The notes under the pieces: model-generated | What the model saw: only the letters and a program-made list of their open reading frames with translations | The model's database searches: none | What the model was told of the DNA's origin: nothing | In this document: piece after piece, positions 1 through 5,169 of the stretch | Numbering within the stretch: position 1 is the stretch's first letter | How the letters are laid out: each line of letters begins with the position of its first letter | Position numbers and translations under genes: made by a program | Assembly (NCBI RefSeq): GCF_018336915.1 | Contig: NZ_CP064923.1 | Coordinates: 4,800,001 to 4,832,000, forward strand | DNA: 32,000 bases | From: Acaryochloris marina S15 | GTDB taxonomy: Bacteria > Cyanobacteriota > Cyanobacteriia > Thermosynechococcales > Thermosynechococcaceae | Reading direction: 5' to 3'

Positions 1-176
1 GTCTGGTGTCCCCTTACTCACGTTTGAACACATTATTGCTTAGAATTTTGGAGTCCCAACCTATAGCTGACCCTGCTATGCTGGAATTATTGATCCAAAC
101 AGTAAGTCAAGCTCAAGCCTCAACTGATGCGTCTTGGGCCAGTGTTCAAGAGGTCAAACGAGTTTGGAGGCTTTGA
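1..176 (+). CDS. 3' end of an unidentified CDS entering from the left edge (partial)
   Basis: Frame 3 is open from the window edge to TGA at 174-176 (...LELLIQTVSQAQASTDASWASVQEVKRVWRL*). The stop shares its A with the ATG of the next ORF (TGATG). No family recognised. Confidence 0.3.
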   Translation, partial: LVSPYSRLNTLLLRILESQPIADPAMLELLIQTVSQAQASTDASWASVQEVKRVWRL

Positions 177-352
177 TGGCAGATAACAAAACAGCGATTC
201 CAAGCATTGAAGAAAGGCAACAGGCTCTTGAAATGCTAAGAGTGAGCAACCAACAGTTGGAACTCACCGCCATAGCATTAGACAAACTGATAACCACAGT
301 AGAGACAGGTCTAAGCCGACAATATCACCAGCGCGTGGAGAAAAGCCTCTAG
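176..352 (+). CDS. small hypothetical protein (58 aa from ATG 176; predicted helical)
   Basis: The ORF track gives 134..352 from a TTG. The ATG at 176 (MADNKTAIPSIEERQQALEMLRVSNQQLELTAIALDKLITTVETGL...) overlaps the upstream stop in TGATG, which suggests translational coupling. No family recognised. Confidence 0.35.
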   Translation: MADNKTAIPSIEERQQALEMLRVSNQQLELTAIALDKLITTVETGLSRQYHQRVEKSL

Positions 353-467
353 CAGCTCTACTTCCTAACAAGTTTGTCTCAGGGGCGCAGGTGGAATTTG
401 AAAAATCTCCATAGAGGGTGCGCATTGTTAATGCCGTACACTCCGTATAAGCGAGACACACTAAGGT

Positions 468-1007
468 CTAATAGTATTTTTCAGGGAAACCATAAAGCAG
501 TTCACTCGGATAGGCTGTATCAACTAGAAATTCAGAAACTTCGACATCAAATAATTGGCTGATCGAATACTTATCGAGGTATTCCTTGATTTGACTTGGA
601 TTTGAAAGATCGTAGTCATTGATGTATTGATCAACAATTTCACTGCGCAAAGAATGCAGCCATCTCTGAGGAAAATCACTGTCTAAGTCTGAATCAAAAA
701 AAGGAATTAATAAGAAGATAGGATCCAGCTTTTCTGAAGATTTACTCTGCAATATTGGCAGAGGTTGCAGAATACATATTCCTCTATTGATACGAGCATC
801 CGACCAATGTTCGAATTTCGGTAGTGGCGGGAAAAATCTACTAATCCCTGTGTCGCAGGCGGCTCGCCATTCAGCCATACCAGATGTATAGACTAACGTT
901 TTTTGATTGACTACATTTGTTAATGCCAGCTCTCTAAGTTGAGCGAGAGAGATAGGGCCTACAACTTCTTTGCCAACCATATAATGCCAAGCATCATTGT
1001 CGCTCAT
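468..1007 (-). CDS. GYF_2 (DUF4339-type) domain protein with an unrecognised C-terminal half
   Basis: The N-terminus WHYMVGKEVVGPISLAQLRELALTNVVNQKTLVYTSGMAEWRAA fits the bacterial GYF_2 pattern (W-y-y..G...GP.s..eL..l...g.i...tlVw..GM.eW..a). The rest is unrecognised. The locus is AT-richer than the surroundings. Confidence 0.6.
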   Translation of the reverse strand: MSDNDAWHYMVGKEVVGPISLAQLRELALTNVVNQKTLVYTSGMAEWRAACDTGISRFFPPLPKFEHWSDARINRGICILQPLPILQSKSSEKLDPIFLLIPFFDSDLDSDFPQRWLHSLRSEIVDQYINDYDLSNPSQIKEYLDKYSISQLFDVEVSEFLVDTAYPSELLYGFPEKYY

Positions 1008-1199
1008 ATCAGCATTTAATTGATTTTGGTAACAGCTTCACGAAGTGCCATCAAAGGTACGAATGGCTATCAGAAAAGTTCAATAAATCGCTCAAGTCTA
1101 AGCTTTCCTTGCACAGGATGAATTAGATAACGCAACAACAAAGAGTGACTTATAAAACTATAGGTGATCTCCCATCTACCCCAAACACATAGAAAATAT

Positions 1200-1715
1200 T
1201 TAGAACGTCACATACAGCCCACTCTGTCGCGCAAGGCAACTTCTGAGGAATGAAAGGTACTCTATCGTCAAGGAATTATCCGACTTAGATAGAAGTTCAA
1301 AGGACTGGCTTACCTCATCTGGTGATTGAAAATACGATCCCATTTTCCCTGGATCAAACGGATTGAAAGAAGGTCCAACGGTTTGACCCAACAGAGCGGC
1401 TTGGGATGAGTGAGTTAAACAATCGCCACAATCAAGCCATGCAGAACCGATACCAAAATCTTTGATTGGATCATAGAAGCGGGTAATCGCAAAATCTCCA
1501 AGTGTGTGAACATCATGAACATTTTCTACTTGTGTTCGCCAATCTAAATTGAGAGGTTCCCCTTCATATGGATCAACAAGGAATCGCACATTTTCTTCTA
1601 TGTATGAGTGCAGTGGAACTACATCATTTGATGCAAGAGCATTATGTAAAATCGTGAGAAAGTCAGTCTTAAAAAACTGCCAATCAAATTCGAAAGCTTT
1701 ATGCTCCATCGACAT
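1200..1715 (-). CDS. hypothetical protein, 171 aa, no recognised domain
   Basis: Clean 171-aa ORF with protein-like composition (MSMEHKAFEFDWQFFKTDFL...GLYVTF). It starts 16 nt after the GTTAACC core of the downstream attC-like element. AT-rich locus. Confidence 0.5.
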   Translation of the reverse strand: MSMEHKAFEFDWQFFKTDFLTILHNALASNDVVPLHSYIEENVRFLVDPYEGEPLNLDWRTQVENVHDVHTLGDFAITRFYDPIKDFGIGSAWLDCGDCLTHSSQAALLGQTVGPSFNPFDPGKMGSYFQSPDEVSQSFELLSKSDNSLTIEYLSFLRSCLARQSGLYVTF

Positions 1716-1731
1716 AAATCAAAGTTGGATC

Positions 1732-1821
1732 GGTTAACGCCCAAAATCACCGGGCCGCTGCTAGCGACGCTCCATTTAAATCTGACTGAATCGGCGGCTC
1801 CGGTGCATGTATTTGTTAGGC
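1732..1821 (-). mobile_element. attC-like imperfect palindrome 2 (3' of the tandem-TIR gene)
   Basis: Minus-strand read: GCCTAAC (7/7 to RYYYAAC, contains the TAA stop) - aaatacatg - CACCGGaGCCGC - 35-nt loop - GCGGCCCGGTG - attttgggc - GTTAACC (6/7 to GTTRRRY). The stem runs 1748-1758 against 1794-1805, 11 bp, with one bulged base (T1799 on the + strand). Homologous along its length to 2694-2794. Confidence 0.5.
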
Positions 1822-2667
1822 ATTTTTTACGCCGAGTGCAAAATCGAGTGCGCGCTGAAAACGGGATAAAGGGATTCCGTGCTCCGTTCGTTCTAAGTCA
1901 GACGAGTGATAGTTCAGCCAATGATATTTCTTCAACGCCTCTGGTGGTTCACAGTCTGTGTCCAACAAAACGGGAATAATGTAGATTTCGCCCTCTGGCA
2001 CCTCCTCTGCGACCTCAACGCTCTTGCGCAGTTCTTTTTGAAAGTAGCCGCGCTTAGCTATTGCATTGGAAGAGAGCAGCGGCATAAACACCTGAGATCG
2101 ACGAATAGCCCTTCGGATTTCAAGCCCCCAATCCTGGCCGGGAATTAATGACTCTTCGTCGAACCAGAGTCGGTATCCCATTATCTTGAGTTTTTCGTAA
2201 ATCGTACGGGCAATTTCCACGTCGACGCGCGAATAAGATAGGAAAATCTGGTCGGAGCTGCGCTGGTGCCGTTCTCCCAATTCATCCACGTGTCTAAGAA
2301 TCTCGTTGATCGCAGCATCTTCATCGCCATCAAAGTAAACAAGTCGTTCTCCAGCAAGATATTTCGGCGCACGGCTAACAAGCTTTTGTGTGGTGAGCAA
2401 GACGGTCCGATGGTCGTTGCCGTGACCAGTGAAAAAGGCAATCTCACTTGCCACATTTGCGTACCATGTGGTGTGCAAACCAACAGCAACCAATGTGTCG
2501 GCATTCCGAATTGCTTTCGCGACGTCATCATCAACGAACGAAAACTCGGAAAAATCGGCCCGGATTTGTTCACCAGCGATCGCTTGGTGTCCTGATTTTG
2601 TGATGCGCTGCGCAATCTTGAGAGCGAATTCCTTGTCGTAGTTGGTATGAGCGACGAAAACAATCAT
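1816..2667 (-). CDS. tandem TIR-domain protein (N-terminal degenerate TIR-like domain plus C-terminal canonical bacterial TIR_2 domain)
   Basis: The C-terminal half IFLSYSRVDVEIARTIYEKLKIMGYRLWFDEESLIPGQDWGLEIRRAIRRSQVFMPLLSSNAIAKRGYFQKELRKS...IIPVLLD is a textbook TIR_2 pattern. The N-terminal half MIVFVAHTNYDKEFALKIAQRI...AIRNADTLVAVGLHTTWYANVASEIAFF repeats the same layout (beta-A strand, then the S/E helix). Confidence 0.8.
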   Translation of the reverse strand: MIVFVAHTNYDKEFALKIAQRITKSGHQAIAGEQIRADFSEFSFVDDDVAKAIRNADTLVAVGLHTTWYANVASEIAFFTGHGNDHRTVLLTTQKLVSRAPKYLAGERLVYFDGDEDAAINEILRHVDELGERHQRSSDQIFLSYSRVDVEIARTIYEKLKIMGYRLWFDEESLIPGQDWGLEIRRAIRRSQVFMPLLSSNAIAKRGYFQKELRKSVEVAEEVPEGEIYIIPVLLDTDCEPPEALKKYHWLNYHSSDLERTEHGIPLSRFQRALDFALGVKNA

Positions 2668-2693
2668 CTGAATGCCTAAATATACTTATGAAT

Positions 2694-2794
2694 ACCTAAC
2701 GTCTGGCATAATCGGGCCGCCGCGATTGATGCTCTATTTGAAAACGTGTTGAAAACGTGCTGACGGGGGCTCCGCGTTCATGCCTTTGTTATGC
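2694..2794 (-). mobile_element. attC-like imperfect palindrome 1 (3' of the TIR-like/CHAT-like gene)
   Basis: Minus-strand read: GCATAAC (6/7 RYYYAAC, contains the TAA stop) - aaa - GGCATgAA - cg - CGGaGCC ... loop ... GGCCCG - a - TTATGCC - agac - GTTAGGT (7/7 GTTRRRY), ending 26 nt before the ATG of the next gene. Stems on the + strand are 2705-2711/2777-2784 (bulged C2779) and 2713-2718/2768-2774 (bulged T2771). Homologous to 1732-1821. Confidence 0.5.
2738..2759. repeat. perfect tandem duplication of an 11-mer (TTGAAAACGTG x2) in the loop of attC-like element 1
   Basis: 2738-2748 and 2749-2759 are identical. This block is the main length difference between the two attC-like elements. Confidence 0.9.
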
Positions 2795-3814
2795 GATATT
2801 GGAAAACATCTTGGGAGGCTCCTCATCGCTGTGGTCAATATTGAACTTGGCGACTCCGTTATCATATGCAGTCCGGTAGTCGCTGCTGTTACCAATTGCG
2901 GTGTAGAATCCACTGGTAAACACTGTGGCCCCTGCATCGGAGATGATTCCGGTCGCACCGATGGTGAATGGGACATCAGCGGACACACGCTCGGCCAATC
3001 CATCAGTTTCGCAGCACGAGAACAGGACGCATTCGAGCTTCTTTGCGAGCGGGCGAAGGAGCGCATGGAATAAATCGTAGCTCACAGCTTTAGTGGTACC
3101 ATCCGATGATTCAAACAGAAATCCGCCTGTCTCCGTGCCAGAGCACGACAAATGAAGGATTTCGGGATGGTGCAAAAGCAGTAATCGATCCAAGTCGTGG
3201 GCTTGCACGGCCCACTCTTGTTCAAGAACTATTTCACCAGATCGACGTGCAGATTCGAGTGCCCGCGTAATTCGCCGCACCTCACAATCCATTCGAAGCC
3301 GATTCTCGTCAATCGGATTGGCACAGAGCACCAGTACCTTTCGTGCGGCTTTCCGCTGACCCCAATTTTGTAATTCTTGCCGAATCGTGAAGCATGCGGG
3401 ACCGACCGCGGTCAATAAGTTTCCTTGGTCCGCACTGCGGTAAGCGGCAAAGGTCACACCATGGAGGTCACTGATAACGTCAGGCTTGGCACTTGCGTCG
3501 AAAACAGCAAATGTCCGTGAACGCCCGACGTGACCATAGAAAAGTCCAAGTTCAAAAAGAACGTTTCCGCGCGTAGTTCCGGTCTCCGCTCCGCGGCTAA
3601 CAAGAGTATCGTCGCTGCGAAGAACGAAAATGCCGTAGTCGAATTGCTTGACGGTGTCCACCAACGTCTCAAGATAGCCATGCGATAGACTGAATACACC
3701 TTCGTTCCAAAGGACGACCTCGGCGGCGTCAGCGAGTTGGTGTTGGATCGCTCTGGCAACATCAAGCCCTTCAGACGACGACCCAATGAAGACTCGTGGT
3801 TTTTGTATTGTCAT
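2789..3814 (-). CDS. fusion protein: N-terminal Cap12/PycTIR-type TIR-like domain (PF10137-like) plus C-terminal short CHAT/caspase-like domain
   Basis: From ATG 3814: MTIQKPRVFIGSSSEGLDVARAIQHQL...DYGIFVLRSDD...TRGNVLFELGLFYGHVGRSRTF...ISDLHGVT matches the 'VFIGSSSE ... RDNVLFELGLF.G.LGR.R.F ... PSDL.G' signature of the TIR-like nucleotide-binding family. The C-terminal KVLVLCANPIDENRLRMDCEVRRI...EWAVQAHDLDRLLLLHHPEILHLSCSG...LECVLFSCCET...FTIGATGIISDAGATVFTSGFYTAIG matches the 'ILFLAANP.D...L.LD.E.R.I...WA.R..DL...L....P.IVHFSGHG...CVVLN.CYS...VIGM...I.D.AA..F..GFY.ALG' CHAT-type pattern. I reject the 28-aa N-terminal extension in the ORF track (start 3898) because it lies outside the domain and reads as low-quality sequence. 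Confidence 0.75.
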   Translation of the reverse strand: MTIQKPRVFIGSSSEGLDVARAIQHQLADAAEVVLWNEGVFSLSHGYLETLVDTVKQFDYGIFVLRSDDTLVSRGAETGTTRGNVLFELGLFYGHVGRSRTFAVFDASAKPDVISDLHGVTFAAYRSADQGNLLTAVGPACFTIRQELQNWGQRKAARKVLVLCANPIDENRLRMDCEVRRITRALESARRSGEIVLEQEWAVQAHDLDRLLLLHHPEILHLSCSGTETGGFLFESSDGTTKAVSYDLFHALLRPLAKKLECVLFSCCETDGLAERVSADVPFTIGATGIISDAGATVFTSGFYTAIGNSSDYRTAYDNGVAKFNIDHSDEEPPKMFSNIA

Positions 3815-4464
3815 TTGTTCGATCGCATAACTATAATTAGCAGGCAAATTGCCTCTTAACACGAAAAAAAGAAGGGCTAGTTGTCGTCTCAAAGCCAAGC
3901 TATCTCTACATTAGCATCTCTGATACAAGGCCAAGCTTTACGGAAAATCGCCGATATGTAAAATCGATTCTGAATGCCTATATATAAGGCAGGAAAAGCG
4001 TTGCCAGTATATTGGCTATGCACCTATGAAGAATGTTAATAGGCAAAATAACCGTATAAGTTCCAATATCGGCTATTAACAGGCACTCTATGGCACCTAC
4101 CAACCCTCATAAACTTTTCGGCTAAGTTTGTGAGGTAATACGCGAGCCAAACATGACACTTACAGCACTGAGAAAAATTACATGCAGTGGATACGGTGCT
4201 TGATTCCCTTCCACAACGAAAGTCATCTCAAAGAAATGGCCGAACATGAAGTCGAAGCCTTTCTTACCCTCGATACAATAGTAAAAGTGCATAGGCATCC
4301 CATATTTAACGCTTAAGTGCTCAGCCCGCACTCAACCAATTGTCCCTCTTTAATCCATCGCTGACCATCACCATATGGTCATGACAGGCATTTCATTTAG
4401 AACTGCTCCAATCTCGAATAAAGGGTGCCTATATTGCTACCGCTCGTTTAGGAAGGTTGAAAAA

Positions 4465-5088
4465 ATGGATAGTAGTCATCCACTAGCCACTAGCCAGCGG
4501 CTCTCCTTTTTTACCTTAGCTGTACAAGCCTATCGCCAAGGCAAGCTAGGAGATGTTGCCGCTTATAAATCTGCAATATTAGGCACTAAAACTTATCCAG
4601 AAATTGCAGAAAAGCTCTCTAGATTGGCAACCTGCTTTCCTCACATTGATTTAGCAGCCTTAAGAAGGCTACCAGAAGGAACCTTTGGACAGATCTATGC
4701 CCAGCATATGGATGAATTCCATCTAACGCCATTGGAGATTAGCCCAGACGTCATCGCTCAATTGTCAGATCAATCTTTGGGACTGCGCTATACCCTCCTC
4801 CATGATGTGTTTCATGTGCTGTTAGGGTATGACACCAGCTTGGTCGGAGAAATGGGGGTGTGGGCCTTTGTCGATGCCCAGCAGTATAGTCCTAGCTATC
4901 AGACAGCAGCCTGGTTAGCCCATTACTTATATCCCTTCGTCATTCCGCACCGATACCGCCAACTACGTGCTATCGAGCAGCAAAGTCGTCAACTTGGACA
5001 GCAAGCAGCCTGCATCATCGCTCAACCCCTCGAAGACTATTGGTCAGAACCCCTCTCTATGGTTCGATCGCGCCTAGGGTTGGCATAA
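4465..5088 (+). CDS. Coq4-family protein
   Basis: LRYTLLHDVFHVLLGYDTSLVGEMGVWAF fits the Coq4 family motif (HD..H.L.G....-.GE). The ATG at 4465 is preceded by GGAAGG about 9 nt upstream. The ORF-track start at 4375 adds a Cys-rich, unlikely leader. Confidence 0.6.
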   Translation: MDSSHPLATSQRLSFFTLAVQAYRQGKLGDVAAYKSAILGTKTYPEIAEKLSRLATCFPHIDLAALRRLPEGTFGQIYAQHMDEFHLTPLEISPDVIAQLSDQSLGLRYTLLHDVFHVLLGYDTSLVGEMGVWAFVDAQQYSPSYQTAAWLAHYLYPFVIPHRYRQLRAIEQQSRQLGQQAACIIAQPLEDYWSEPLSMVRSRLGLA

Positions 5089-5169
5089 AGACTTCAACCC
5101 TAGAGAAGCTGGGTTGCTTCCAGGGGGTAAGAATTCTAAACCTCAAAGTTTTGAGATTTTAATGCGCCA

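Noticed and set aside
1008-1199. A third attC-like element after the 171-aa ORF.
   Set aside because: There is no RYYYAAC core at the stop (TTCTAAAT). The only GTT cores are GTTATCT and GTTACCA. There is no homology to the two elements at 1732-1821 and 2694-2794 and no matching hairpin. The array appears to end at 1732.
2181-3786. Six further ORFs of 70-160 aa overlap the two TIR genes in other frames or on the other strand: 2181-2663, 2266-2595, 2429-2641, 2734-3066, 2780-3073 and 3454-3786.
   Set aside because: All are nested in or antisense to ORFs with clear domain signatures. Their translations are low-complexity or Ser/Arg/Cys-rich with no recognisable motif. They are typical shadow ORFs of a relatively GC-rich gene.
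3815-3898. A 28-codon N-terminal extension of the TIR-like/CHAT-like gene (the ORF track starts at 3898).
   Set aside because: The extension (MALRRQLALLFFVLRGNLPANYSYAIEQ) lies upstream of the conserved domain start, which begins right after Met29 (MTIQKPRVFIGSSSE). It would also run through the palindrome and junction-like sequence.
4122-4331. A 69-aa minus-strand ORF in the AT-rich spacer, considered as a transposase or integrase remnant.
   Set aside because: I could not match it to Y1 (IS200), tyrosine-recombinase or any other family motif. Its composition is odd (F/M/H/Y-rich) and it has no RBS. I left it uncalled and mention it only under the spacer finding.
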